Origin: Mobula hypostoma
Taxonomy: Eukaryota
Direction of reading: 5' to 3'
Assembly (NCBI RefSeq): GCF_963921235.1
Contig: NC_086108.1
Location: 82,276,001 to 82,340,000 of the forward strand
DNA length: 64,000 bases
Of this stretch, positions 25,506-37,114 are shown one piece after another (position 1 is the first letter of the stretch; each line of letters begins with the position of its first letter). The notes under the pieces were generated by a model that did no database searches, had not been told where the DNA came from, and saw only the letters and a list, made by a program, of their open reading frames with translations. The translations under genes were made by a program, and so were the position numbers.

Positions 25506-25834
25506 TTTTTTTTTAAATTAAAACTTTTATGACCTTAGGTTGCCTGAAAGGGCTTTGGTACCAATAATGAACTGTGATACCAAAAAAAGCACGAGAATAT
25601 AGTCACTGTTATAATATAGGAAATGTGGCAGTGAAATTCCACAAACAGCAGCTAACTGGCCAAATTTCGTTGTTTAAGGTAATTTTTGAGGGATTAATGT
25701 AGGCTGGGATATTAAGAGATGTCTGTCTGGTGCACTGATACACAGCGTAATTAGCTTCATCTACATTTCATGTTCATTTTCTGTCTCCAGAATGCTTGTA
25801 GTTTTGTAACCTTGTAAATTTTTTTTTATTACAG

Positions 25835-25899
25835 CTTCTTAAGCCACAAAGAGTTTAGATTTATTTATCCAATAATGCCCATCTGCATGGTATTTTGTG
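25835..25899 (+). CDS. PIGB: PIGB coding exon 9
   Basis: ttacag acceptor; [21 protein letters not shown] containing the HKEFRF motif of the ALG9/PIGB (GT22) family; gtaggt donor; 65 nt. Confidence 0.96.
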
Positions 25900-26760
25900 G
25901 TAGGTATCCTCTTGATAATTTTAGCTCAAATATTAGCCAACATTTGCTGTTATTTAAAAAAAAAATAAAAGATCTTAAAAGTTTTCTACATGGTGTACTT
26001 GGTTTGGAAAGTAGAGAATGGATGAACAATTTCAATATTAAATGAATAATTAGTTCAGGTATCAATCACTAAAGAAGTGGTTTTGAATGCTGACTTTAAA
26101 AAGCATTCAAAAAGATCACTGTTGTGTGAATATCAACACTGCTGCCTTTGATTCCTATAGGGCATCAGTACTTAGGAACAGTGTTGTGGCTGAGTAAGTT
26201 CTAAGTTCACATTTGAAGAATTCAAGTAGGCACCAAACTAGGTGAAACATTTCAGAGAATGCAAAATTATGATTTGAATACAATTCAGGTTAAGGTAAAA
26301 TCTAAATATTTCTAAACAAGTCTTTATTTTGAAATGTGTTAGATTTTGAAATTAGGGAATCACAGTACACAAATTTAAAATGAACTTTATGGAGTCAGCT
26401 AATTTAAGTGATAGTTACATTTCAATAAACTATTTAAAAACTTTTTTACATCATTCTCACTGTTACTAAATGCAGGAATATTCTGTGAGAACATGAATTC
26501 CTCTGACCACTGATCTCTGGAGGTGACATAGGTGAAATTTAGCCTGCAGAAATGAGTAATGGAGGATGTGTAATAGTGCATGGAAATAATGACAACAATT
26601 ACTAATTTTCTGTGTTTAACTCATGTGTACTCTGATGTTGCTCTCAGATTTACTCCATTAGAATAGTATATTCTAAGTGTCTTTGGGGGTAATAGTCCTA
26701 ATTGTTCTCAATGCAAATCCCCATCCCATGTCTCTGATTCTAGCCTGTTTACTTCTAGAG

Positions 26761-26839
26761 GAGGGGTTCCCAAGCTTTTTTATGCCACGGACCAATACCA
26801 CTCAGCAAGGGGTCATGGACCCCAGGTTGGGCACCCCTG
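26761..26839. mobile_element. 79-bp hAT MITE
   Basis: Perfect 8-bp TSD TTCTAGAG (26753-26760, 26840-26847); TIRs AGGGGTTCCCAA / TTGGGCACCCCT. Confidence 0.88.
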
Positions 26840-27170
26840 TTCTAGAGGATGTTTGATGACACATTTTGTTGTGTTATTAGAAATAAGTTTGTGTTTTACT
26901 TGTTTTATCCTTTAATCTTACATTTTATAAAATATTGAAAAACTCTTAAGCAATTTATTCCTGAAAATTGAGAGTAAATTTGGTAAACTGCATAATTTGT
27001 TTAGATTATTAGTTTAACTGGTTGCTGAGCCATTATACTTTGTCCTCTTGTTTGTGTACAGAATTTTTTTAAGATTCTGTACAGTCATATTAATTCAAAT
27101 AGAACTATGTACTAAGCGTTTTTTCTTGCTCTTCTCCCCCCATAATGAACCTGCCAACTTCTATTTGCAG

Positions 27171-27387
27171 GGTATTCACTGGCTAATTTGAAAGCTTGGA
27201 AGAAACCAGCAGTCATTTTCCTGTTTCTTTCCAATTTGTGTTTAATTCTGTATACTGGATTAATTCACCAGCGTGGAACACTGGATGTAATGCACTATGT
27301 TCAGAAACTCTGTAAGGGCACCATGCTGGAGAAGGAAGAGCCCTCTGTGTTCTTTCTGATGCCTTGTCATTCAACTCCATTCTACAG
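27171..27387 (+). CDS. PIGB: PIGB coding exon 10
   Basis: tttgcag acceptor; [40 protein letters not shown]...[12 protein letters not shown]; gtatgt donor; 217 nt. Confidence 0.96.
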
Positions 27388-29177
27388 GTATGTTGAGTAC
27401 ATAAAACTGCTAATATCGAACTTGAAATGACCACAACTGTGTGGAGTTTGACATCCTTGTGCATGTTTTGTATAATTGTGTGCTGGCAAAAACAGATTTG
27501 GAGGGAATAGTTCATTTACTGGCCAAGTCTATGAGAACTAAACATGGAAAGGTTTCCAGGTAGCAAAGGTTCTAATTTGTGATAAAGGCTCTATATATTC
27601 TTTCCAGATAGATGAAATGAGTTATGGAAAATTGAATTAACTTCTAAATTTATCGTAAGTTCAGAGTGACATGGCTTAAAACAACATTTCTTCAAATAGC
27701 CATCACTTTGTGTGCTGAAAATGCAAATTGGTAATGAGTAGTGGTTTAAAAAGGTATGTTTTAAAGTTAACAGTATCTGATAATTCAACTGATAAATTTA
27801 CTATAATGATACTTGTAATATTGGCAATATGCTCACTGCTAATTATAATCATGTTAGTGCTTGATCATTTCTAAAGAACTATGAGATGAACTTTATTCTT
27901 CCTTTCTTCTCTCCTTCTGACCAAAAAAAATTATAATTCTTACATTTTTTTGTAAGTTGTGTGGTTTGTATAAAAATACATGGACAGGAGAAAAATATAG
28001 TTCATATTTCATGAGAACTGTGTGTAACTTGTATTTGAATCTAAATTTTAAAATGCAAAAATTATTATTAGGGTTATTGCAATTTGCCTATCCCAACAAT
28101 AGGTCAACGGCAGATGCAATCTCAATAGCTCTTCACACAACTTTAGACCACATGGACAACACAAACACCTATGTCAGGATGCTGTTCATCGACTATTGCT
28201 CAGCATTTAATACCATCATTCCCACAATCTTGTTAGAGAAGTTGCAGAACTTGAGCCTCTGTACGTTCCTCTGCAATTGTATCCTCAACTTCCTAACCGG
28301 AAGACCACAATTTCTGTGGATTGGTGATAATATCTCCTCCTCACTGATGATCAACACTGTTGCAACTCAGGGCTGTGCGTTTAGCCCAATGCTCTACTCT
28401 CTTTATACCCATAACTTTGTAGCTAGGCATAGCTCAAATACCATCGATTAAATTTGCTGATGATACAGCCACGGTTAGTAGGATCTCAGGTGGTGACGAG
28501 AGGGTGTACAGGAGTGAGATATGCCAACTAGTGGAGTGGTGCCGCAGCAACAACCTGGCACTCAACGTCAGTAAGACAAAAGAGCTGATTGTGGTCTTCT
28601 GGAAGGGTAAGATGAAGGAGCACATGCCAATCCTCATAGGGATCAGAAGTGGAGAGAGTGGGCAGTTTCAAGTTCCTGGATGTCAAGATCTCTGAGGGTC
28701 TAACCTGGTTCCAACATATCGATGCAGTTATAAAGAAGGCAAGACAGAGACTATACCTCATTAGGAGTTTGAAGAGATTTGGTATGTCAACAAATAAATG
28801 CAAAAACTCCTATAGTTATACCATGGAGAGCATTGTGACAGGTTGCATCACTGTCTGGTATGGAGGGGTGGGGGCTACTGCACAGGACCGAAAAGAAGCT
28901 GCAGAGGGTTGTAAGTTTAGATGGCTCCATCTTGGGTACTAGCCTACAAAGTATCCAAGACATCTTCATAGAGTGGTGTTTCAGAAAGGCAGCATCCATT
29001 ATTAAGGACCCCCAGCACCCAGGATATGCCCTTTATTCACCGTTACCATCAAGTAGGAGGTACAGAAGCCTGAAGGCACAAACTCAGTGACTCAGGAACA
29101 GCTTCTTCACTCTGCCATCCGATTCCTGAATGGACATTGAACCTGTGAACACTACCTCATTTTTTTAACATATATTA

Positions 29178-30749
29178 CAGGTGTCCCCCGCTTTTCGAAC
29201 GTTCGCTTTACGAAACCTCACTGTTACGAAAGACCTACATTAGTACCCTGTTTTCGCTTTCAGAAGGTGTTTTCATTGTTACAAAGAAAGGCAGCGCATG
29301 CCCCGAGCAGCCACTCTTTCACGGATTCGGAACAGCGTTGCTTAAACACGTTGCATTGAACAGCCATTAGCAAGATGAGTTCTAAGGTGTCGGAAAAGCC
29401 TGAAAGAGTAAGGGTGTTACACTTAGTGTTAAACTAGACATAATTAAGCGTTTCAATCGTGGTGAACGAAGCAAGGACGAAGTGAGTTTGGCTTGTGGAA
29501 GTTGACGAAGATGATGTTGAAGAGGTTTTGGCATCCCATGACCAAGAACTGATAGATGAAGAGCTGATGCAATTGGAAGAGGAAAGGATAACAATTGAAA
29601 CCGAATGCAACCGAATGCAGAAAGTGAAGCAACTGCGTGAGATTTTCACTGCAATGATAAAGTACGACTTTAATTTTGAAAGGGTACGTAGGTTTAGGGG
29701 ATATTTGCAGGATGGTTTGAGTGCTTACAAACAAGTGTATGATAGAAAAGTGCGCGAGGCTCAGCAGTCAAGCAAGCCTTCCACATCAGCCACAGCCGAC
29801 GATGAACCTCGACCTTCGACATCGAGGCGGGCAGTCATAGGAGAAGATGAGCTGCCTGCCCTGATCAACGATGAGATGACACCCCCGTGTCCCACCACCC
29901 CAACCCCCGGGCCCCGGACAGATACTGTACCGATTCGTGAAGAACGCAGCGGTAGCCGGGAGGCACACAGCACATCGTTAAGAAAAAAGCTGAAATAAAC
30001 ATGCTAATTAATTAGGTACTGCCTAGCACGTAATTGTCGGCCCAGATCAGAAGCGATGCAATCGGAAATCGCCTCTGATCTGCGCCGACATTTACGTGCC
30101 AGGCAGCACCTAATTAATTAGCATGTTTACTTCAGCTTTTTTCTTAACGATGTGCTGTGTGCCTCCCGGCTACCGCTGCGTTCTTCACGGCAATGTATCG
30201 GGTCGGCTGCCCAGAGGGTAGGGGCCACTGCACCACCCAGCCTGCAACGGCTCAGTCTAACACACCATCATCAGTGTGCTCGGCGCTGTTTTCCCAATTC
30301 CGGTAAGTGATACTACACTGTACATACATTATTTCTACTTTATATAGGCTGTGTATTTTTACGTGTTATTTGGTAGATTCGGCAGCTTCATAGTTTAAAG
30401 GTTACTGGAGAGCACGTTTATGCCAACAGCGCTTGCATGAGATTTTCTGCCAAAAGCGCTTGCGTGAGATTTTCACTACGGAGATCTGTGCAGGCAATCG
30501 TTGTAGAGAAGTATTTCTACTTTATATAGGCTGTGTATTTATCATATCATTCCTGCTTTTGCTAAATGTTACTGTTATTTTAGGTTTTATGTGTTATTTG
30601 GCATGATTTGGTAGGTTATTTTTGGGTCTGCAAGCGCTCACAAAATTTTCCCATATAAATAAATGGTAATTGCTTCTTCGCTTTACAACATTTCGGCTTA
30701 CGAACCGTTTCATAGGAACGTTCTACCTTCAGATGGCAGGGGAAACCTG
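29178..30749 (+). mobile_element. Tigger/pogo-like DNA transposon, internally deleted
   Basis: TA TSDs; ends CAGGTGTCCCCCGC and GGCAGGGGAAACCTG; psq/CENP-B HTH remnant GVTLSVKLDIIKRFNRGE joined to an acidic C-terminal remnant EVDEDDVEEVLASHDQELIDEEL; no DDE domain seen. Confidence 0.85.
29936..30189. repeat. Long inverted repeat (122-bp arms, 10-nt loop)
   Basis: Arms 29936-30057 and 30068-30189; about 6 mismatches by eye. Confidence 0.95.
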
Positions 30750-31926
30750 TATTTCTGTTTTTGCATGATTTTAAATCTATTCAATATACATACACTGTAA
30801 TTGATTTATTTATTGTTTATTTTTTCTTCTATATTATGTATTGCATTGAACTGCTGCTGCTAAGTTAACAAATTTCACGACACGTGCCAGTGATAATAAA
30901 CCTGATTCTGAGAAAACTTGCTTCAAATTTGGTAGGCTCTGAATTGAAATATTTTTCCAGAAGTTTAAGTGCAGCAACAATGTTGCAAGTTTAGGGCAAC
31001 ATTGAGGCATATCTTTAAGAGGAGTCATTAAAGTGAATCCTAGTCTACCCTCTAAAGTAGCTATGTGAAGATGGACATTGTTGTACTCTGGCTAATATTT
31101 GTCCAAGTACCGACATTGACACATGTGTAGGATCTTGTCATATGCAGCTTAACTGTTGAACTGCCCTGTATCACATTTGTGACCTTCAAGCAAAATATTT
31201 CATTAGCCATGAAGTGCTTTGATATATCCTAAGGTACTACATAAGTAAAATGTATTTAATTCTTTATTGCAATATTAGAAATAGAATGAATACCTTGCCA
31301 CTAAACTAATTGGCATGCATGCAGTCATTTTCTTATTTAGTCACATGTTCAATACCAAAGTTAGTGTATAGAAAAGACAGTATTCTGTTTGTTCACAGTG
31401 ACATCTTGAATAAAAAAATAAATCTAGATATAAAATGATGCTTGTGTGACTTGTTCTGTCCTACTTAATTTTAGTATTAGTAGTAGAAAAGGAATGGACT
31501 TTCTACAAGTGCTGCAACGTAAAAAGCAGTAGTCAAGGGATCTGTGAAACGTCTGAAGCTGTCATCCTTCCAATACAACTGCATACAACTAAAGTAATAA
31601 TATCAAAAAAAAAGGACTATTGTGACTCAAAAGCATGAGTTTGGATCTTTTGTGAAGATCTTTTTAAAAAAAAACAAATACTTCTACTACATCACAGAAA
31701 TGGACAAATATTGCAAGGTTGTTCTGCAGAGCTTTAGTAAAGATCTTGGAGTAGAGTCATAGAGTAGGACAATTTGCCCGTGATTGGTTCATATCCCTTT
31801 AATCTATGTACTTGTCCAAGTGAGTAGGTCTTTAAGCAATTCTCACCTCTGGGAAAAGTCATTAAGAGGAATTATGCTTTGGATTTCTGCATGCAGTTTA
31901 AATATTCTTTCTTGTTGTTTCATCAG

Positions 31927-32107
31927 CTATGTTCATTGCCCAATAAAAATGGACTTTCTGGAATGCCCTCCTGACCTGAGTAGAAATATTTCCTATGTTG
32001 ATGAAGCTGACTTGTTTTTCAAGGAGTCCCTTACGTGGTTGAACACAAGATTTTATAATCAAGCCTCCCTTCCCACTCATCTAGTCTTGTACAATGTATT
32101 GGAACAG
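31927..32107 (+). CDS. PIGB: PIGB coding exon 11
   Basis: catcag acceptor; YVHCPIKMDFLECPPDLSRNISYVDEADLFFKESLTWLNTRFYNQASLPTHLVLYNVLEQ; gtatgc donor; 181 nt. Confidence 0.96.
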
Positions 32108-32574
32108 GTATGCATACAATTGTTCTATTTTTGTTCCCTTATATAATTGATTAGTTTTATAGATGGTGGAATTGCCTTGATTTTTACTGCATTTCTTTTT
32201 GTGTATTGTAGGCTTTCATAATAATGAAGTGTCAGTATAGAATCCTGTCAGTTCAGAGAGTTCTTTGCTTTTTTTCAAATATAAGGGTTGGGAATAGATG
32301 AGTCTTGATTCTTTTCATGGGAAATGGGAAATTAATTTGAGAAACTCAGGCCTGACCCCAGAATCCTTCAGAAGTAGTTTTTAAATTTAAGAATTTCCTT
32401 TTTCCTCCCTCACATCTCATTTAAAGTGAAGATATTGTGACTGTTACCAAATGAGGGCAAAGCAATTCTGGCAGTACGATAATGGAGATTAAAGATTTGA
32501 GATGCAGCTAGTCCTGTAGTTTAAACTAAAATGTGGGAGCATGGAAGCAATGCATTCAAAGAGGGTAATCACTT

Positions 32575-32940
32575 CATCGGGGTCTCTCTTCCCGCTATTA
32601 CAGACATTTACAACCACACGCTGCATCCGTAAAACTAACAGCATTGTGAAGGACCCCACACACCCCTTATACAAACTCTTCTCCCTCCTGCCATCTGGCA
32701 AAAGGTACTGAAGCATTGGGGCTCTCACGACCAGACTGAGGAGTCCCGTGTAGGTCTGAAGTCTAATGTAGTTTCGTGTTGTTTCACTTAGTCTAGTGTA
32801 GTTTTGTGTTGTTTCACGTAGTCTAGTGTAGTTTTGTGTTGTTTCATGTAGCATCATGGTCCTGGAGGAACGTTATTTTGTTTTTACTGTGTACTGTACC
32901 AGCAGTTATGGTTGAAATGACAATGAAAGTGACTTGACTT
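32575..32940 (+). mobile_element. Rex1/Babar 3' fragment with a three-unit ~29-bp tandem repeat
   Basis: SIVKDPTHP-LFSLLPSG; gtctagtgtagttttgtgttgtttca-like units; gacttgactt tail. Confidence 0.75.
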
Positions 32941-33634
32941 CGAGATTTCACTAAACCATAAAGCCAAGCAGCTTTGTTATTAGAGTTATGCTATGATAAT
33001 AGAATCATACAGCATTCAGTTTGTCGACACTGACCAGTGAGCACCCTCCTGTATTAACCCCATCACCAATACTTGGTCTCTCGCCCTCCATGTCTACGTG
33101 GTCCAGATGCTCATCTGGACACTTTGGACACTTCTTAAATGCTGTCAGTGACACAATTTCAACCACTCTCTCAGATAGCATGTTCCAGGTATTTGCTACT
33201 CTCTGGGTGAAAAAGTTCTCCTCATATCCCCTCCGAATCTTTTCCCCTCTTACCCTAAACCCTAGTCCTCTAGTTTTATCTATCTCTGATATAGGTAAAA
33301 GGTTTCCTGCAGTCTACTGTCTTTACCCCTCATAACTTTATACATTATCATGTCACCTCTTAACCTCTTCTGCTCCAGACAGAACAGAACGAGCATCTCC
33401 AATCCCTTCTCATAACTGAGCTGCTCCTTTCCAGGCAGCATCCTGGTGAATCTTCTCTGCACCCTTTGCAGCACTGTCACATCATTTTCTTTGCCTTTGT
33501 AACCACAACTGCACACACAATTGTGGTTGAGGTTCACAGTGCCTCTAAAGTTGGATCAAAGCTCTTTACATTATTGATTGTCCTTACTAACGAGGGCCAG
33601 TATCCCATTAGTCTTGATCATTTTGTCTACCCGC

Positions 33635-33865
33635 AAAACACACAAAATGCTGGAGGAAGTCAACAAGTCAGGCAGCATCCATGGAGGGGAATAAACAGTT
33701 GATGTTTCAGACCGAGGTCCTTCATAAGGACCAGTCCCAATGTAGTGTCTCAGCCTGAAACATCCCAGTCTGTTTATTCCCCTCCATAGATGTTGCCTGA
33801 CTTACTGATTTCTGCAGCATTTTGTATGGGTTGCTTGAGATTTTCAGCATCTGTGGAATCTCCTG
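33635..33865. repeat. Inverted pair of Penelope-type terminal repeats
   Basis: atggaggggaataaacag is mirrored by ctgtttattcccctccat; decayed hammerhead cores at the centre. Confidence 0.75.
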
Positions 33866-33935
33866 TATCTACGTTATCTACCTGCTGAGCTATCATCATG
33901 GACTTAAGGATCTCAAAGTTTCTGAATATTCCACA

Positions 33936-34505
33936 GTTGCGTCTAGAGCTTTCGTCGGTCAGAGTTGACCATGGATATTGCGTCCCAGCTGTCTAGATAC
34001 GCAAGCCCAGGCAGTACCCATTTAGCAGGCTCCCCCTCGATGAATGAACCCAAAGGATTGGTAGAGACCGATACAGTTTGGTACCAGAAGCGTCACAGGA
34101 GTTTCCAGTCAGCATTGAAATCAATGTAGGACTGCCTTAGGGACTCAAGATCCAGATTTTTCCCTTGGAGGGGTTTACTCCAGAAGCCTTCCCCATGAGT
34201 GGATATAGCTGCAAGGCAGTGGAGGTTTGAGATCAGAGTTTTTCTCCTCCTAGATGGGTTGCCAACCATGGCTGACAAGCCCCATCTGCCCAAGGCGATT
34301 GGTTTTAAGGTGCCAATAACTTGCCTTTGCTTCTTCTCCTGTTAATAGATCGGTTCTGCCGGGCTTAAAAGCTGAGCCACATGTGGAGGCCAGGAGCTGG
34401 ACTTGGTAATCAAAGGCTATTTGAGGCACATGGCATTGGGAGCATTTAATAGGTAGTGGGAGCTTGTCCCCATTACCACCCCTGCTATAACAACCTTAAG
34501 GAACC
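33936..34505 (-). mobile_element. Short non-autonomous RTE-derived element (5' UTR joined to 3' tail)
   Basis: Minus strand carries GGCAACCCATCTAGGAGGAGAAAAACTCTGATCTCAAACC, resembling the conserved RTE 5' UTR motif (from memory), and an RTE-like 3' end CCATGGTCAACTCTGACCGACG; no RT. Confidence 0.7.
34336..34505 (-). ncRNA. Degenerate HDV/CPEB3-like ribozyme fold
   Basis: P1 GGUUCC/AGAACC, P2 CUCCUG/CAGGAG, P3 GCC/GGC and L3 UCCACAU occur in nested double-pseudoknot order; the putative catalytic position reads U. Confidence 0.6.
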
Positions 34506-34679
34506 ACAAGACCTTGCCATTACTGTATACAGTATGTCCTAACCTCAATAGTGCTCCAAAAATGCACCACCTCTCATTGTTTGAATAAAATCCCATCTCC
34601 TAGTTTTCAGCCCATTTCACTAATGCATTGATACCTCTTTGCAGCCTAAAATTACTTTCCATTCCATCACTCACCTCTG

Positions 34680-36938
34680 AGTGGGTGAGCATCTGGGGCA
34701 CAATGACCACCATTCCCTGGCCTTTAACATTATCATGGAAAAGGATAGAATCAGAGAGAACAGAAAAATTTTTAATTGGGAAAGGGCAAATTATGAGGCT
34801 ACAAGGCTAGAACTTGCAGGTGTGAATTGGGATGATGTTTTTGCAGGGAAATGTACTATGGATATGTGGTCGATGTTTAGAGATCTCTTGCGGGATGTTA
34901 GGGATAAATTTGTCCCGGTGAGGAAGATAAAGAATGGGAGGGTGAAGGAACCATGGGTGACAAGTGAGGTGGAAAATCTAGTCAGGTGGAAGAAGGCAGC
35001 ATACATGAGGTTTAAGAAGCAAGGATGAGGTGGGTCTATTGAGGAACATAGGGAAGCAAGAAAGGAGCTTAAGAAGGGGCTGAGAAGAGCAAGAAGGGGG
35101 GGCATGAGAAGGCCTTGGTGAGTAGGGTAAAGGAAAATCCCAAGGCATTCTTCAATTATGTGAATCAAGAAAGGATGACAGGAGTGAAGGTAGGACCGAT
35201 TAGAGATAAAGGTGGGAAGATGTGCCTGGAGGCTGTGGAAGTGAGCAAGGTCCTCAATGAATACTTCTCTTTGGTATTCACCAATGAGAGGGAACTTGAT
35301 GATGGTGAGGACAATATGAGTGAGGTTGATGTTCTGGAGCATGTTGATATTAAGGGAGAGGAGTTGTTGGAGTTGTTAAAATACATTAGGACAGTTAAGT
35401 TCCCGGGGCCTGACGGAATATTCCCCAGGCTGCTCCACGAGGCAAGGGAAGAGATTGCTGAGCCTCTGGCTAGGATCTTTATGTCCTTGTTGTCCACGGG
35501 AATGGTACCAGAGGATTGGAGGGAGGTGAATGTTGTCCCCTTGTTCAAAAAAGATAGTAGGGATAGTCCAGGTAATTATAGACCAGTGAGCCTTACATCT
35601 GTGGTGGGAAAGCTGTTGGAAAAGATTCTTCGAGATAGGATCTATGGGCATTTTGAGAATCGTGGTCTGATCAGGGACAGTCAGCATAGCTTTGTGAAGG
35701 GCAGATCGTGTCTACCAAGCCTGATAGAGTTCTTTGAGGAGGTGACCAGGCATATAGATGAGGGTAGTGCAGTGGATGTGATCTATATGAATTTTAGTAA
35801 GGCATTTGACAAGGTTCCACACGGTAGGCTTATTCAGAAAGTCAGAAGGCATGGGATCCAGGGAAGTTTGGCCAGGTGGATTCAGAATTGGCTTGCCTGC
35901 AGAAGGCAGAGGGTGGTGGTGGAGGGAGTACATTCAGATTGGAGGATTGTGACTAGTGGTGTCCCACAAGGATCTGTTCTGGGACCTCTACTTTTTGTGA
36001 TTTTTACTAACGACCTGGATGTTGGGGTAGAAGGGTGGGTTGGCAAGTTTGCAGATGACACAAAGGTTGGTGGTGTTGTAGATAGTGTAGAGGATTGTCA
36101 AAGATTGCAGAGAGACATTGATAGCATGCAGAAATGGGCTGAGAAGTGGCAGATGGAGTTCAACCTGGAGAAGTGTGAGGTGGTACACGTTGGAAGGACA
36201 AACTCCAAGGCAGAGTACAAAGTAAATGGCAGGATACTTGGTAGTGTGGAGGAGCAGATGGATCTCTGGGTACACGTCCACAGATCCGTGAAAGTTGCCT
36301 CACAGGTGGATAGGGTAGTTAAGAAAGCTTATGGGGTGTTAGCTTTCACAAGTCGAGGGATAGAGTTTAAGAGTCGCGATGTAATGATGCAGCTCTATAA
36401 AACTCTGGTTAGGCCACACTTGGACTATTGTGTCCATTTCTGGTCACCTCACTACAGGAAGGATGTGGAAGCATTGGAAAGGGTACAGAGGAGATTTACC
36501 AGGATGCTGCCTGGTTTAGAAAGTATGCATTATGATCAGAGATTAAGGGAGCTAGGGCTTTACTCTATGGAGAGGAGGAGGATGAGAGGAGACATGATAG
36601 AGGTGTACAAGATAATAAGAGGAATAGATAGAGTGGATAGCCAGCGCCTCTTCCCCAGGGCACCACTGCTCAATACAAGAGGACATGGCTTTAAGGTAAG
36701 CGGTGGGAAGTTCAAGGGGGATATTAAAGGAAGGTTTTTTAACTCAGAGGGTGGTTGGTGTGTGGAATGCACTGCCTGAGTCAGTGGTGGAGGCAGATAC
36801 ACCAGTGAAATTTAAGAGACTACTAGACAGGTATATGGAGGAATTTAAGGTGGGGGGGGTGATATGGGGGGGGCAGGGTTTAAGGGTCAGCACAACATTG
36901 TGGGCTGAAGGGCCATACTGTTCTACGTTCTATGTTCT
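34680..36938 (+). mobile_element. CR1 LINE, 5'-truncated young copy, same subfamily as 6566-10348
   Basis: Nearly identical by eye to about 8090-10348; 554-aa open RT frame with FADD; ttctacgttctatgttct tail. Confidence 0.96.
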
Positions 36939-37114
36939 GCACTCCTCCAATCTTTGTCATTTTCCAACTTATTGATCTTGCCTTCCATAGCGACATCCAT
37001 GTTATTACAAGCAGCAAGGAGCCCTGCCGTGAGGGGCACCACTAGTCATAGACATTATTTGCAAAAGCAAACCTCTTGTCACCCCTGTCTGTCTTCTATA
37101 GCAAAGTCAATTTA

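Larger units (their letters stand above)
28075..30910 (+). mobile_element. Rex1/Babar LINE fragment (same family as 545-2493) with a Tigger insertion in its 3' UTR
   Basis: [26 protein letters not shown]; the 3' UTR resumes at 30750 and ends gataataaacctgattctg. Confidence 0.9.
33000..37100 (-). mobile_element. Old CR1 fragmented by several younger insertions
   Basis: Collinear minus-strand pieces at about 33000-33630, 33870-33935, 34506-34679 and 36939-37100 ([14 protein letters not shown]; decayed TSG-P-G motif). Confidence 0.7.

Noticed and set aside
25904..25911. GTATCCTC 4 nt after the exon 9 donor, resembling a second U12 5' site
   Set aside because: It would shift the frame, deviates from RTATCCTT, and the downstream acceptor is an ordinary U2 type. 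The GT at 25900 gives the correct phase.
29495..29998. 167-aa acidic ORF as a host or domesticated gene
   Set aside because: It lies inside a TA-flanked Tigger-like deletion derivative, starts at a non-ATG codon, is out of frame with the HTH remnant and lacks a catalytic domain.
32760..32852. Three ~29-bp repeats resembling a CRISPR array
   Set aside because: The units are head-to-tail with no spacers and lie in a LINE 3' UTR; no cas genes.
35115..36779. 554-aa RT ORF as an active element, retron or DGR
   Set aside because: It is a 5'-truncated CR1 ORF2 without endonuclease or promoter, in a eukaryotic intron.
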